Notes: generated by a model not told the origin, from the sequence alone. 64,000 bases of DNA from Betaproteobacteria bacterium HGW-Betaproteobacteria-14 (GCA_002840845.1 PHCS01000024.1:21760-85759); one strand, 5' to 3'. Counted from the first letter of the stretch, positions 18,196-32,113 are shown. Program-made: numbers and translations.

Positions 18196-20243
18196 GCGGC
18201 GACGGCCGCCTTGCGCGTGCGCCAACCGTGCCAGGCAAAGAAAACGGCGACAAGACCAAAGCCAATCTCGTCGGTGACCGGCAACGCGACGATGAGGAAG
18301 CCGGCAGCCGTGGCGGCGAGGATACGCTCAGGCCAGTTCATGCGTGCCCGCAAGTGGCCGATGGACGCCGCACCCCACAGGCCGATGGCCATTACGGCCT
18401 TGAAGACGATGTAGGCCGTATCGAACCATGTGCCGCCCTGCAGCATGAGCGCCGGTGCATAGACTGCCATGTAGGGCACGACGAAGCCGGCGGCCGCGAC
18501 GCGGATCGCCTGCACGCCGATCTTCAGACCCGATGCCTGGGCAATGGGCGAGGCGGCGAAGGCCGCCAGGGCCACGGGGGGCGTGAGATCCGCCATGATG
18601 CCGAAGTAGAAGACGAACATGTGGGAGACGATCAGCGGCACGCCGAGTTCGAGCAACGCCGGCGCGGCCAGCGAACTGGTGATGATGTAGTTCGGGATGG
18701 TGGGGATGCCCATCCCCAACATGAGGCAGACCAGCATGGTCAGCAGCAGCGACAGAAAGAGGCTGTCGGCCCCCAACTTGATGATGAAGCCTGCGAAGGT
18801 GGTGGCTACCCCGGTCAGGGTGATGACGCCGATGATCACGCCGACCAAGGCACAGGCTACACCCACCGGCAGGGCGTGGCGGGCGCCATCGGCCAGTGCG
18901 TTGACTGCCAGTTGCAGCGTATCGCGCCCGCCCCTCACGAACAGGCAGACGAGGACGAGCACGCCCACTACGGCAAAGAACACTCCCACGCCGAACTTGA
19001 AGAAGGCGGCGCTGGCCAATCCCAGCGCTATCCAGAAGGCGAAGCGCAAGCCGGTGAAAGTCAGCCGCGCCGCCACGGCGACCCCGAGGATGAGGATGGC
19101 CGTGAGCGCAAGCCCCACCGTGCCTGAGAACAGCGGCGTGTAGCCGGAGAACAGCAGCCACACCAGGGCGGCGAGGGGCAGGATCAGATACCAGCCCCTT
19201 CTGACGGCCGCCCATGCATCCGGGCATTCGGACTTGGGCAGGCCGTGCAGGCCCATGCGGCCGGCTTCCAGATGCACCATCCAGAAGGCGGAGGCGAAAT
19301 ACAGCAGGGCCGGGATGGTGGCCGCCTTGACCACCTCGACATAGGGTACGTTGATTGTCTCGGCCATGATGAAGGCCACGGCGCCCATCACCGGCGGCAT
19401 GATCTGCCCGCCCATGCTGGAAGTGGCCTCGACGCCGCCGGCGAATTCCGCGCGATAGCCGAAGCGTTTCATAAGCGGAATGGTGAATTGCCCGGTGGTG
19501 ACCACATTGGCCACCCCGGACCCGTTGATCGTGCCCATGAGGCCGGAGGAAATCACCGAGACCTTGGCCGGGCCGCCCTTGGTGTGGCCGACGGTGCCCA
19601 TGGCGAAATCGGTGAACAGCCGGATCATTCCCGCCTGCTCCAGGAACGAGCCGAACAGGATGAAGAGGAAAATGTAGGTGGACGACACGTAGGTGGGGAT
19701 GCCATAGATGCCTTCCGTGCCGAAGCCCATCTGGTCGACGACCTGACTGAAGGCATAGCCGCGATGGGCCAGCCCCCCCGGCAAGTGGTTGCCGAACAGG
19801 GCGTAGGCCAGGAAGGCGCCGCATATGAGGGGCAACGCGGGGCCCATGATGCGTCGCGCCGCCTCGAAGACCAGGACGACGGTAACGATGCCCACCACCA
19901 GGTCGAGTTGCGTCGGATCGCCCGCCCGCAGGATCAGATCGCCTTCGAAGATCCAGTGGTAAAACGACAAAAGGAAGCCTGCGCTGCCGAGGAGCCAAGC
20001 TTCGCCCGGCAGCGGTCGCCGATGCGCACTGAAGCCGGGGAAGAGGGCGAAGGTCATCAACAGCAGGAATCCGACGTGGATCCCCCGCACTACAACGCTA
20101 GAAAGCGGGCTGAAGGCGGCAGTGACGATCTGGAAGGCTGAGAAAACGACCGCGATGAGGAACAGGACGCGGCCGCGCGGGCCTGCCGCCCAGCCGAACT
20201 CCCGTGCCAGGCCGGGCGCTTCATTGTGAATGGTGGTGGACAT
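18192..20243 (-). CDS. TRAP transporter fused small/large permease (TAXI type)
   Basis: 683 aa, highly hydrophobic with about 18 predicted helices. Located between the TAXI receptor and DUF1850. Confidence 0.85.
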   Translation of the reverse strand: MSTTIHNEAPGLAREFGWAAGPRGRVLFLIAVVFSAFQIVTAAFSPLSSVVVRGIHVGFLLLMTFALFPGFSAHRRPLPGEAWLLGSAGFLLSFYHWIFEGDLILRAGDPTQLDLVVGIVTVVLVFEAARRIMGPALPLICGAFLAYALFGNHLPGGLAHRGYAFSQVVDQMGFGTEGIYGIPTYVSSTYIFLFILFGSFLEQAGMIRLFTDFAMGTVGHTKGGPAKVSVISSGLMGTINGSGVANVVTTGQFTIPLMKRFGYRAEFAGGVEATSSMGGQIMPPVMGAVAFIMAETINVPYVEVVKAATIPALLYFASAFWMVHLEAGRMGLHGLPKSECPDAWAAVRRGWYLILPLAALVWLLFSGYTPLFSGTVGLALTAILILGVAVAARLTFTGLRFAFWIALGLASAAFFKFGVGVFFAVVGVLVLVCLFVRGGRDTLQLAVNALADGARHALPVGVACALVGVIIGVITLTGVATTFAGFIIKLGADSLFLSLLLTMLVCLMLGMGIPTIPNYIITSSLAAPALLELGVPLIVSHMFVFYFGIMADLTPPVALAAFAASPIAQASGLKIGVQAIRVAAAGFVVPYMAVYAPALMLQGGTWFDTAYIVFKAVMAIGLWGAASIGHLRARMNWPERILAATAAGFLIVALPVTDEIGFGLVAVFFAWHGWRTRKAAVAA

Positions 20244-20366
20244 GAGGATGCGGGAGATCCCGAGTCAAGAAGCAGCCGCCAGCGCATGGCGCCGGCAAAG
20301 CCCGCGGAAAGTCAGCGGCGGCAACACGGCGAGGGCGCCCGGCGCATGGCGCCGGGCGCAACAGGC

Positions 20367-21317
20367 TTACTTCAGCAAACCGACTTCGCGATAGTACTTC
20401 TCCGCGCCGGGATGCAGCGGCAGCGGCATGCCTTTCAGGGCATTCTCGCGCTTGATGGCTTTGGCGGCGGCATGGGCGGCCACCATCATGTCGAGGTTGT
20501 CGTACATGGCCTTGGTCATCTGATAAATCAGGTCGGCCGGCACGCCCTCGTGCGTGACGAGGAAGTTGGCGATGGCGGCGGTCGGCACGTCGGCGGCCTG
20601 CCCCTGATAGGTGTTGGCGGGAATCATCGCCGACTGGTAGGCGGCGTCGCCCACCTTGGCCACGACGTCGGCCGGGATCGGCACCACGACGATGTTCACC
20701 GAGGTGGCCAGGTCGCGGATCGAGGCCACGCCCAGGCCGGCGGACTGCAGGGTGACGTCGAGCTGGCGATTCTTGATGAGTTCCACCGACTCGCCGAAAG
20801 GCAGGTATTCGACCTTGGCGAAATCGCCGTAGGTGAGCCCGGCCGCCTTGAGGATGGAGCGGGCATTGAGCTCGGTGCCCGACTTGGGGGCGCCGACGGA
20901 GATGCGCTTGCCTTTCAGGTCGGCCATGGTCTTGATGCCCGAATCGGCCGAGGCGACGATCTGGATGTAGTTGCTGTAGGTCGCCGAGACGCCGCGCAGC
21001 TTGTTCAGCGGCGTTTTGAAGCCCGCATCGGCGTCACCCTTCCAGGCCAGCGAGAGGGCATCGCCCAGCGTCAGGGCGATCTCGCCGCGACCCGCCTGCA
21101 GCAGATTGAGGTTTTCCGCAGAAGCCTTGGTCGATTGCACCGTGGCCTTGGCGGTAGGAATGGCCTTGCCGTAGATCTGCGTCAGGGACACGCCCAGCGG
21201 ATAGTAGATCCCACTGGTGCCGCCGGTGAGCACGTTGATGAACTGCTGGGCGTTGGCGCCCAGGGAAAAGAGGGCGCCTGCCGCGAAGGCAAGAAGGGTG
21301 CGATACGAAATTCTCAT
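20367..21317 (-). CDS. TAXI-family TRAP transporter solute-binding receptor
   Basis: 316 aa. Signal peptide, then FINVLTGGTSGIYYPLGVSLTQIY and ...HPGAEKYYREVGLL, the TAXI (TIGR02122-like) signature. Confidence 0.85.
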   Translation of the reverse strand: MRISYRTLLAFAAGALFSLGANAQQFINVLTGGTSGIYYPLGVSLTQIYGKAIPTAKATVQSTKASAENLNLLQAGRGEIALTLGDALSLAWKGDADAGFKTPLNKLRGVSATYSNYIQIVASADSGIKTMADLKGKRISVGAPKSGTELNARSILKAAGLTYGDFAKVEYLPFGESVELIKNRQLDVTLQSAGLGVASIRDLATSVNIVVVPIPADVVAKVGDAAYQSAMIPANTYQGQAADVPTAAIANFLVTHEGVPADLIYQMTKAMYDNLDMMVAAHAAAKAIKRENALKGMPLPLHPGAEKYYREVGLLK

Positions 21318-21369
21318 TGTTGTCTCCTCCTATGTATTGAGATGTTGGGAAAAGCCATTATAGCCCCGC

Positions 21370-21942
21370 CTACCGGGACGACTTGCCCAACAAAGCCTGT
21401 TTCAGATCATCTTGCGCCGGATCCTCGCCCAGCCAGACCTTGAGCAGGCCGGCGAAGAAATCCTCACCGGCGATTTCCTTGCCCTTCATCTGGCCGCCGA
21501 TCGTCAGCAGGGTCCCTTTTTCCGGAATCCAGTCGAAGACGATGCTGGTGCCGGCCTTGATCTCGTCGATCTCCGCCACGGTGTCTGCCAACTGCTTGAT
21601 GCGGTCCTTGAGCGCGGCCTTTTCCGCGTCGGAGCTGTTGTCGTTGATGCCGCCGCTGACGGCGTTGGCGAAGGTGCTGCCGGAGACGTCCTTGATCAGG
21701 CTGATGGCGACGCGCTTCGGGCCCTTGGCGGCGAGCACCGCCTTGGTGTCCGTGGCCTTGGCCGGCAGGTAGAGCGCCATCACATACCGCTTGCCGAATT
21801 TGGAGCGGACGCCGGCGCCGTTGACGACCAGATCGGCATTGCCGAGCTTGATCTTGTCGTCGAACTTGAAGCCTTCCAGTTCGACGGCATGGGCGAGGTT
21901 CACGGCGAGGGCGGCTGTCGCCGCCAGCAGCAGGTTCTTCAT
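21370..21942 (-). CDS. Secreted chalcone-isomerase-like family protein
   Basis: 190 aa. Signal peptide MKNLLLAATAALAVNLAHA. LVVNGAGVRSKFGKRYVMALYLP...FFAGLLKVWLGEDP resembles the bacterial chalcone isomerase-like (Chalcone_3) family. Confidence 0.55.
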   Translation of the reverse strand: MKNLLLAATAALAVNLAHAVELEGFKFDDKIKLGNADLVVNGAGVRSKFGKRYVMALYLPAKATDTKAVLAAKGPKRVAISLIKDVSGSTFANAVSGGINDNSSDAEKAALKDRIKQLADTVAEIDEIKAGTSIVFDWIPEKGTLLTIGGQMKGKEIAGEDFFAGLLKVWLGEDPAQDDLKQALLGKSSR

Positions 21943-21952
21943 ATTGTCTCCT

Positions 21953-22795
21953 CTACTTGAAGCGAACCGATACGCTCGGGTTGCCCGGCAGGCCCTCGTA
22001 GGTCACCGTAACGGCCATGCCTGGCTTGGGGAAGTTGGGCGGCGTGAAGGAGCCCAGGCTGAGGATGTCGCCGGCGCGGAGCTTGCCGCCGGATTTCGCC
22101 AAGTCCTCCGCCAGCCAGACGACGGCATTGAGCGGATGGCCGAGGATTGCCGCACCGGGCACCTTGGCGAGTTCCTTGCCATCCTGGTCGCGCATGACAA
22201 CCATCATCTTGCCCAGCGCATCGACCATGTCGGGCGAAGGCGCGACCGGCTTGCCGAGCACGCCGAGGCGGGCGCCGACGTTGATGGAGGTGATGATCGG
22301 CCCGCTGAGCGGCTGCCCCTTGGCGGTGACCAGGTCGGGCAGTTCGATGAAGGGGCGGATGCTGGCGATGTGCTTGATCACTTCGGCCGGCGTCTTGGCC
22401 TGGTTGATGCCCTCGTCCTTGACCACCACCACCAGGTCGGCCTCGAAGAAAGGAACCGCGCCGAACTTGACCGGCACTTCCGCGCCGTCGTCGAGCAGCA
22501 TCTTCTCCAGCAGCACGCCGCGTACCGGCGAGTTGTGGCCGAAGCGCTTCTGTACCGCCGGGTTGGTCAGGCCGGCCTTGTAGCCGACCACCTTGCCCTG
22601 GCTGGCGGACAGTTCGCTGACCAGACCGTCGCGGATGCGTGAGGCCTCCTCGATGGTCATGTCCTTGGACAGTCCCGAGGTCGGTTGCATCGCCTGGAAG
22701 TTGGCCGCCAGCTGCTGGCTTTGCGGCGGTACGGAAGCGCAGGCGCCCAAAACGAGGGCGGCGGCGAATGATGCGACGACGTTGCGGTGTTTCAT
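21953..22795 (-). CDS. 2-keto-4-pentenoate hydratase-like (MhpD/HpcG, FAH-fold) protein with a lipoprotein signal peptide
   Basis: 280 aa. Lipobox AAALVLGAC. VVGYKAGLTNPAVQKRFGHNSPVRGVLL...FFEADLVVVV...IRPFIELPD is typical of the MhpD hydratase/decarboxylase family. Confidence 0.6.
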   Translation of the reverse strand: MKHRNVVASFAAALVLGACASVPPQSQQLAANFQAMQPTSGLSKDMTIEEASRIRDGLVSELSASQGKVVGYKAGLTNPAVQKRFGHNSPVRGVLLEKMLLDDGAEVPVKFGAVPFFEADLVVVVKDEGINQAKTPAEVIKHIASIRPFIELPDLVTAKGQPLSGPIITSINVGARLGVLGKPVAPSPDMVDALGKMMVVMRDQDGKELAKVPGAAILGHPLNAVVWLAEDLAKSGGKLRAGDILSLGSFTPPNFPKPGMAVTVTYEGLPGNPSVSVRFK

Positions 22796-22864
22796 GGTTT
22801 CTCCTCCTTGTTGTTGTTGAACGGCCGCCGTATCCCGGCGGCTGACTTTCCAGCGCAGACTATG

Positions 22865-24157
22865 CTACTGGCGAACCTCCCCATTCCCAAGCACCACCCA
22901 CTTCTGGCTGGTCAGTCCCTCCAGGCCGACCGGGCCGCGGGCGTGGATCTTGTCGGTGGAAATGCCGATTTCCGCGCCGAGGCCGTACTCGAAGCCGTCG
23001 GCAAAGCGCGTCGACGCATTCACCATGACCGAAGCCGAATCCACTTCGCGCAGGAAGCGCATGGCACGGGTGTAGTCCTCGGTGACGATGGCGTCGGTAT
23101 GTTGCGAACTGTATTTGTTGATGTGGGTAATGGCCTCGCCTGCGTCCGCCACCACTTTCACGGCGATGATGGCGGCGAGGTATTCCTCGTACCAGTCCTG
23201 TTCGGTCGCCTCCTTGAGCTTCGCGGCATCGACGCCGGCGCCGCGCAGCAGCCCCAGCGATTCGGCGCAGCAACGCAGTTCCACCCCCTTGCCGGCCAGC
23301 ATGGTGCCGAGCCTCGGCAGCAGGGTCGTTGCGATGCCCCGCGCCACCAGCAGGGATTCGGCGGTGTTGCAGGTGCCCAGCCTTTGCGTCTTGGCGTTCT
23401 CGACGATGGCGAGCGCCTTGTCCGCGTCGGCGCCGTCGTCCACATACACGTGGCAGTTGCCGTCCAGGTGCTTGATGACCGGGATGCGCGCCTCGTTCGA
23501 GATGCGCTCGATGAGTCCCTTGCCGCCGCGCGGCACGATGACGTCGACGAACTCGCGCATCGTCACCAGTTCGCCGACGGCGGCGCGGTCGGTGGTGTCC
23601 ACCACCTGCACGGCCTCGGACGGCAGGCCGGCGGCACGCAGCCCCTCATGCACCAACGCGGCCAGCGCCCGGTTGCAGCGGATCGCCTCCGAGCCGCCGC
23701 GCAGGATGGCGGCGTTGCCCGACTTGAGGCACAGCCCGGCCGCGTCCACCGTGACGTTGGGGCGCGCCTCGTAGATGATGCCGATGACGCCCAGCGGCAC
23801 GCGCATGCGGCCGACCTGGATGCCCGTGGGGCGGAATTTGAGATCGGAGATCTCGCCGATGGGATCGGCCAGCGCGGCGATCTGCTCCAGCCCTTCGGCC
23901 ATCGTCGCCACCGACTTGTCCGAGAGCGCGAGGCGGTCGAGCATGGCTTCGTCCAGCCCGGCGCTGCGCGCTGCCTCGAGGTCCTCGCGGTTGGCCGCAA
24001 GGAGGGCCGTCTTCTCGCGGCGCACGGCAGCGGCCATGGCCAGCAGGGCCCGGTTCTTCGCGTTCGTCGACGCCCGCGCCATGTCGCGCGAGGCGGCGCG
24101 CGCCTGGCGGCCGAGCGTCTGCATGTAGTCCTTGACGTTCATCTGCTCATTCTTCAT
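22865..24157 (-). CDS. proA: Gamma-glutamyl phosphate reductase
   Basis: Start at [12 protein letters not shown], with an ATGA overlap on holA; ATG 24142 is an alternative. [37 protein letters not shown]...[22 protein letters not shown] is the ProA signature. Confidence 0.9.
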   Translation of the reverse strand: MKNEQMNVKDYMQTLGRQARAASRDMARASTNAKNRALLAMAAAVRREKTALLAANREDLEAARSAGLDEAMLDRLALSDKSVATMAEGLEQIAALADPIGEISDLKFRPTGIQVGRMRVPLGVIGIIYEARPNVTVDAAGLCLKSGNAAILRGGSEAIRCNRALAALVHEGLRAAGLPSEAVQVVDTTDRAAVGELVTMREFVDVIVPRGGKGLIERISNEARIPVIKHLDGNCHVYVDDGADADKALAIVENAKTQRLGTCNTAESLLVARGIATTLLPRLGTMLAGKGVELRCCAESLGLLRGAGVDAAKLKEATEQDWYEEYLAAIIAVKVVADAGEAITHINKYSSQHTDAIVTEDYTRAMRFLREVDSASVMVNASTRFADGFEYGLGAEIGISTDKIHARGPVGLEGLTSQKWVVLGNGEVRQ

Positions 24158-25167
24158 GTCGCTTTCCTTGCTAGCCGCAGGCTGAGCTGGAGAAACTCGT
24201 CCCACACGTCGCCCTGCACCAGACCCTTGATCATCCTGTCGATGCGTGCCGCGGCCAGCAGGGCGGCGCGCAGCTGCGGCTGGCGCAGCCGCGGCAGGGC
24301 GCGCTGCAAAGCGGCGGCGCGGCGGTCGTCGAACACCCGCTCCGCGCGCAGGGCCGCGGAGAGCGGCCGTCCTTCGTCCTGGGCGGCGCGCAACACTGCC
24401 AGCGTGCGGATCTCGCTGGCGAAGGCCCACAACAGCAGCGGCGGCGCCACGTCCTCGCCGCGCAGGCCTTCCAGCAGGCGGGCGCAACGGCCGGCGTCGC
24501 CTTCGAGCAGCGCGGCGCGCAGCTTGTCGACATCATAGCGCGCCACATTCAGCACTGCATCCTCGACCTGCGCTAGGCTCAGGTCGCCGGGCGGGTGCAG
24601 GAGGCCGAGCTTCTGGATTTCCTGGTGGGCGGCCAGCAGGTTGCCTTCGACGTGGGCGGCGATGAATTCCAGTGCGGTGCGCTCGGCCTTCTGCTGCTGG
24701 CGCGCCAGGCGCAGGGCGATCCAGTCGGGCAGGTCGGCGAGGGCGGGGGCGTTCAGTTCGATGGCCACGCCGGCCTGGGACAGTGCGGCGAACCAGGCGG
24801 TCTTGCGCGCGGCCCAGTCGAGCTGGGGCAGGGTGACCAGCGTCGCGACGCCTTCGGAGAGGCGTTCGCAGTAGCGCTGCAGCGCATCGCCGCCGTCGCG
24901 TCCCGGCTTGCCATTGGGGATGCGCAGGTCGACAAGCTTGCGGTCGCCGAACAGGGACAGGTTGCCGGCGGCGAGCATCAGGGTGTCCCACTTGAAGCCG
25001 GGGCCGGCGACCAGGACTTCGCGTTCGGTGTAGCCCTGACCCCGGGCGGCGCTGCGAATGGCGTCGCCCGCCTCGATCACCAGCAGAGGCTCGTTGCCGT
25101 GCAGAACGTAGAGGGGCGCCAGCGTCTTGGCAAGGTGGGCGCTCAGCTGGTCGGCGCGCAGCTGCAT
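24154..25167 (-). CDS. holA: DNA polymerase III delta subunit
   Basis: Start at [31 protein letters not shown]...[21 protein letters not shown]. Position downstream of lptE, as in most proteobacteria. Confidence 0.85.
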   Translation of the reverse strand: MQLRADQLSAHLAKTLAPLYVLHGNEPLLVIEAGDAIRSAARGQGYTEREVLVAGPGFKWDTLMLAAGNLSLFGDRKLVDLRIPNGKPGRDGGDALQRYCERLSEGVATLVTLPQLDWAARKTAWFAALSQAGVAIELNAPALADLPDWIALRLARQQQKAERTALEFIAAHVEGNLLAAHQEIQKLGLLHPPGDLSLAQVEDAVLNVARYDVDKLRAALLEGDAGRCARLLEGLRGEDVAPPLLLWAFASEIRTLAVLRAAQDEGRPLSAALRAERVFDDRRAAALQRALPRLRQPQLRAALLAAARIDRMIKGLVQGDVWDEFLQLSLRLARKAT

Positions 25168-25344
25168 GGCGGCTCTCAGGCCTCCGCTGGGAATTCGGCG
25201 TAACGGCCGTGCCTGCGAAGCTGCGCAGTGGAGCCGAATTGTTGCCGCGCTCCGCTGCGCACGTCCCGAGGCGCGACGCTCCCGCGCGGCCCCCAAGGAG
25301 GCCTGAAGTCAACAACACGGAAGCCGCAACGCGGCGGAACTGCA

Positions 25345-25375
25345 GTCACCCCTTTCCACGGGAAAGGGGCTGGAG
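25345..25375. repeat. REP-type hairpin element (cccctttcc-acgg-gaaagggg), same family as the one inside leuS
   Basis: gtcacccctttccacgggaaaggggctggag. Its reverse complement aligns with 27785-27822 (cagcccctYtcccgt...ggWaRaggggWg). It lies in the unusually long 222-bp lptE-holA spacer. Confidence 0.6.
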
Positions 25376-25389
25376 GATAGGCAGTCATC

Positions 25390-25869
25390 TCAGCCTTCGA
25401 TTTTTGCTGCAGCCATTCGGCGCAGCACTTGCTGCACCATGTCGTTCTGCATGTCGCGGTAGAGCAGTCCCTCTTCCTGTTCCTTGGCCAGCACCCGCTC
25501 ATCGGCGAAGCTGATGTCCCGCACCAGGACGATCTCGGTAGGGGGGATGAATTCACGCCCCTTTAGATCGTGAACACGGTAGGCAAGGCGGTAGCGCAGC
25601 TGGAACTCGCGCACGCGGCCGGTGGCTGACAGGCTGAGGATGTGTTTCTCGCGCGCCTCGCCGAGGACGGTGAAGACGGCCTGGGCTTCCTGCGGGGTTG
25701 CGGGCAGTTGGGTGTTGCCGAGGGCACTGATGTTGCGCCTCAACATGGCGCCCAGTTCCCAGTTTTCGGCGATGTACAGGCTGGAGAAAGGCAGCGGCTG
25801 TGCGCCGCGCAACTGGAAGCCGCAGGCGGCGAGCAGGAGGGCCATCAGGACGGGAATCAACTTGCGCAT
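25390..25869 (-). CDS. lptE: LPS-assembly lipoprotein LptE
   Basis: 159 aa. Lipobox LLLAACGFQLRG. Immediately downstream of leuS. Confidence 0.85.
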   Translation of the reverse strand: MRKLIPVLMALLLAACGFQLRGAQPLPFSSLYIAENWELGAMLRRNISALGNTQLPATPQEAQAVFTVLGEAREKHILSLSATGRVREFQLRYRLAYRVHDLKGREFIPPTEIVLVRDISFADERVLAKEQEEGLLYRDMQNDMVQQVLRRMAAAKIEG

Positions 25870-25881
25870 GTTCTGCTCCGC

Positions 25882-29495
<3,614 letters not shown>

Positions 29496-29499
<4 letters not shown>

Positions 29500-29810
29500 A
29501 GCGCCTTGGGTGAAAGCAGCCGAACCCAGGCCACCGACCAGCTTTCCGCCAGCAGCAGCGGCAGGTGGGCCATGCGCGACTGCAGGCGCACCCAGCCGCT
29601 CAGTTCAGGCTTGGGCAGGCAGTTCGCCTGGACTTCGCGGTCGATCAGCTTGTGCAGCCGGGCTTCGGCGGCTTCCCAGTAATCGGATGTGCCGACCCAG
29701 CCGGTTTGCTCGGTAGCGTGGCAAAGGGCTTCGCGCCAGAGTTCCTCGGCGCGGGCTTCGGAAATGCCGGCCTTGTGCGCGATCCAGGGCAGGATCATTG
29801 GGCCATTCAT
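29496..29810 (-). CDS. Hypothetical protein (104 aa, Trp-rich)
   Basis: A good AGGAG RBS precedes the ATG (ctaggagaacagcATG) and the composition is balanced. No family was recognised. It overlaps the convergent FecR/SPOR gene by 4 nt. Confidence 0.5.
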
Positions 29811-29998
29811 GCTGTTCTCCTAGTAACCATTGTGTGGCGGGTTCGTCGTTGCCTGCCGGCGGCTTCATGGGCGGCTTGCAAGCGTATTTGATGCAATGCA
29901 GTAATTCACTTCTGCGGATTCTACGCCTGATTAGATAGGAGTTTTTTGATATGGTTCAAGTTTATTCTGCAGCGCAGCACGTTTAGGCGAGGAGACCT

Positions 29999-30042
29999 AA
30001 AAACGTGAAGCGTGCGCTCACATGCGCTGTAATCCACAGCGC
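29999..30042 (-). terminator. Tandem hairpins with a U-tract downstream of the histidine-kinase array
   Basis: Minus strand, after the TAA at 30047-30049: gcgctgt-ggatt-acagcgc, then gtgagcgcacgcttcac followed by gttttt. Confidence 0.5.
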
Positions 30043-30046
30043 AAGC

Positions 30047-32092
30047 TTACTGCCCGTTTTCTGAAGGCACACCGAGCGTAAAGCGCAGCGTCGCCCCTTT
30101 CCCGGGTTCTGATTCCGCCCAGACGCGTCCGCCATGTCGGCGCACGATGCGGGCGACGGTGGCCAGGCCGATGCCCGTGCCCTCGAACTCCTCCGGCTTG
30201 TGCAGGCGCTGGAAGGGGGCGAACAGGCGGTCGGCGTATTCCATGTCGAAGCCGACCCCGTTGTCGCGCACGAAGAACACCGTTTCTCCATCCAGGGTCT
30301 CCCGGCCGAACTCGATTTTGGGCGAAGCTTCCTTGCTCGAGTATTTCCAGGCGTTCTCCAGCAGGTTCTGCATCATCACGCGCAGCAGCTGCGGATCGCC
30401 GAAGGCCGTGCACTCGGGTGCGATGATCACCTCGATGCGATGCCCAAGCTCGGTCCGGGTGTGCTCCTCGATCATTTCTGCCGCGATCTGGCTCAGGTTG
30501 ACCTCCATGCGTCGCATCTCCTGGAGGCTGATGCGGGACAGATCGAGAATGTCGTCGATGAGGGTACCCATCTGCTGAGCGGCGCGACGCACGCGCTCGA
30601 GGTAGCCGCGGCCCTGCGCATCGAGCCGTTCGCCGAACTCATCGGCAAGCAGGTAGGAGAAGCCATCGATGCCGCGCAGGGGCGCCCTCAGGTCATGCGA
30701 GATGGAGTAGGCGAAGGATTCCAGCTCCTTGTTGGCCGACTGCAACTCGGCGGTGCGTTCCTGCACGCGCTTCTCCAGTTCCGTATTCAGCTGGCGGATT
30801 TCCTTCCGCGTCGCTTCCTGTTCCGTGATGTCGTACAACATGCCTATGACGCATTGCTCGCCTTCCAGATCGAACAGCTCCGCCGAGATCAGCACCGTGT
30901 GCCGCTGGCCGTTCCTGGCATTGAGGGAGGCTTCATACGACTTGACCCGGCCCTGCTGGCGCAGTTGGGCCACCCAGCGCTGCCGGTCTGCTTTGCTCGG
31001 CCACAGGCCGATGTCGTTCTCGGTGAGGCCGATCACCTCCTCGCGAAGCCAGCCGATCTGCTCGACGAAGGCCTCGTTGACATCCAGGTACAAACCGTCC
31101 CGCAGCCGGCTGATCGTGATGGCCTCCGGGCTGGCGTGAAATACCTTGGCAAACTTCTCGCCTGCGCGTTTGCGCTCGGTGATGTCGGAAGCCAGCACGA
31201 GGGCGCAGGGCTCGCCGTCCAGCTCGATCAGGACGGAGGACATCTGTACGTCGCGCAGCACGCCGCTGCGGGTGCGGCAGCGCGATTCGCGGTTGGCGAT
31301 GCGCCCGGATTGACTGAGCTCCCGCGCCCAGGCCTGCTGGTCTTCCGCGGCGAGCCATTTGCCGATTTCCAGCGCATTGCGCCCGATGACTTCCTCGCGA
31401 CGCCAGCCGAGCAGTCCGACGAAGGCATCGTTGATGTCCAGGCAGCAGCCATCCGAGAGCCGTGTGATGGACATGGCCATCGGACCCGAGCGGAATGCAA
31501 CGGAGAATTTTTCCTCCGAGCGACGCAGCGCCTCGTGCCGGAGGCGGAAGCCGCGGAAGATGTAATAGGCGAGCGCGGACGCCAGGACGATGTAGGTTGA
31601 ACTCGCCAGCCAGACCAGCAGGGGGGGCGAGGGCGCGTCATAGAGCGGCAGCAGATTGGCCTGTTCCCCCAGAGCGAGGGCCAGCCCGAAAAGCACGGTG
31701 GCCACACAGAGCATGATTGCGCTGCGCGCCGATAGCAGCCAGCCGGCCATCATGATGACGATAGGCAGCGCCATCAGGCTGCGGCTCGCCAGGCCGTTGC
31801 TGATGAAAACCTGGGCCTGCAGAGATATCCAGAACCCCCAGACCAGAACCTGCGCCGCGAGTCCGCTGCGGTTCAGCCTAAGCAGGACGAATGCGCCCAA
31901 TGCGGTGCATAGGGCTGCGATTACGCCAGTGCTGCGCAGGACGGGCTCCTCGGAGAGGGCAACGACAGCGCACAGGTAAATGATGCCGCTTACCGGCGCA
32001 AGCGCGACAAGTAGCTTGAGCAGGCGCTGGGTGTTGTCATCGCGCGGCGGGATCCGCCCTAAGTTGTGATCGAACTCAATTTTCTCGACCAA
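30047..32092 (-). CDS. Membrane sensor histidine kinase (HK-1): polytopic N-terminal domain, 2 PAS, HisKA, HATPase_c
   Basis: 681 aa with about 6 TM helices. PAS modules (EKFSVAFRSGPMAMSITRLSDG..., GEKFAKVFHASPEAITISRLRDG...). H-box ELESFAYSISHDLRAPLRGIDGFS, N-box LLENAWKYS, G-boxes VRDNGVGFD / GTGIGLATV. Confidence 0.9.
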   Translation of the reverse strand: MVEKIEFDHNLGRIPPRDDNTQRLLKLLVALAPVSGIIYLCAVVALSEEPVLRSTGVIAALCTALGAFVLLRLNRSGLAAQVLVWGFWISLQAQVFISNGLASRSLMALPIVIMMAGWLLSARSAIMLCVATVLFGLALALGEQANLLPLYDAPSPPLLVWLASSTYIVLASALAYYIFRGFRLRHEALRRSEEKFSVAFRSGPMAMSITRLSDGCCLDINDAFVGLLGWRREEVIGRNALEIGKWLAAEDQQAWARELSQSGRIANRESRCRTRSGVLRDVQMSSVLIELDGEPCALVLASDITERKRAGEKFAKVFHASPEAITISRLRDGLYLDVNEAFVEQIGWLREEVIGLTENDIGLWPSKADRQRWVAQLRQQGRVKSYEASLNARNGQRHTVLISAELFDLEGEQCVIGMLYDITEQEATRKEIRQLNTELEKRVQERTAELQSANKELESFAYSISHDLRAPLRGIDGFSYLLADEFGERLDAQGRGYLERVRRAAQQMGTLIDDILDLSRISLQEMRRMEVNLSQIAAEMIEEHTRTELGHRIEVIIAPECTAFGDPQLLRVMMQNLLENAWKYSSKEASPKIEFGRETLDGETVFFVRDNGVGFDMEYADRLFAPFQRLHKPEEFEGTGIGLATVARIVRRHGGRVWAESEPGKGATLRFTLGVPSENGQ

Positions 32093-32113
32093 TGGTTTTC
32101 TCCTGGAGCGGGA

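Noticed and set aside
18228-20141. Plus-strand ORFs of ~298 aa, and the alternate-frame 556-aa minus-strand ORF, inside the TRAP permease gene.
   Set aside because: The 683-aa frame gives a coherent polytopic membrane protein flanked by the TAXI receptor and DUF1850. The others are frame or strand shadows.
22787-24538. 583-aa ORF on the plus strand.
   Set aside because: It is antisense to proA and holA, both clearly recognisable on the minus strand.
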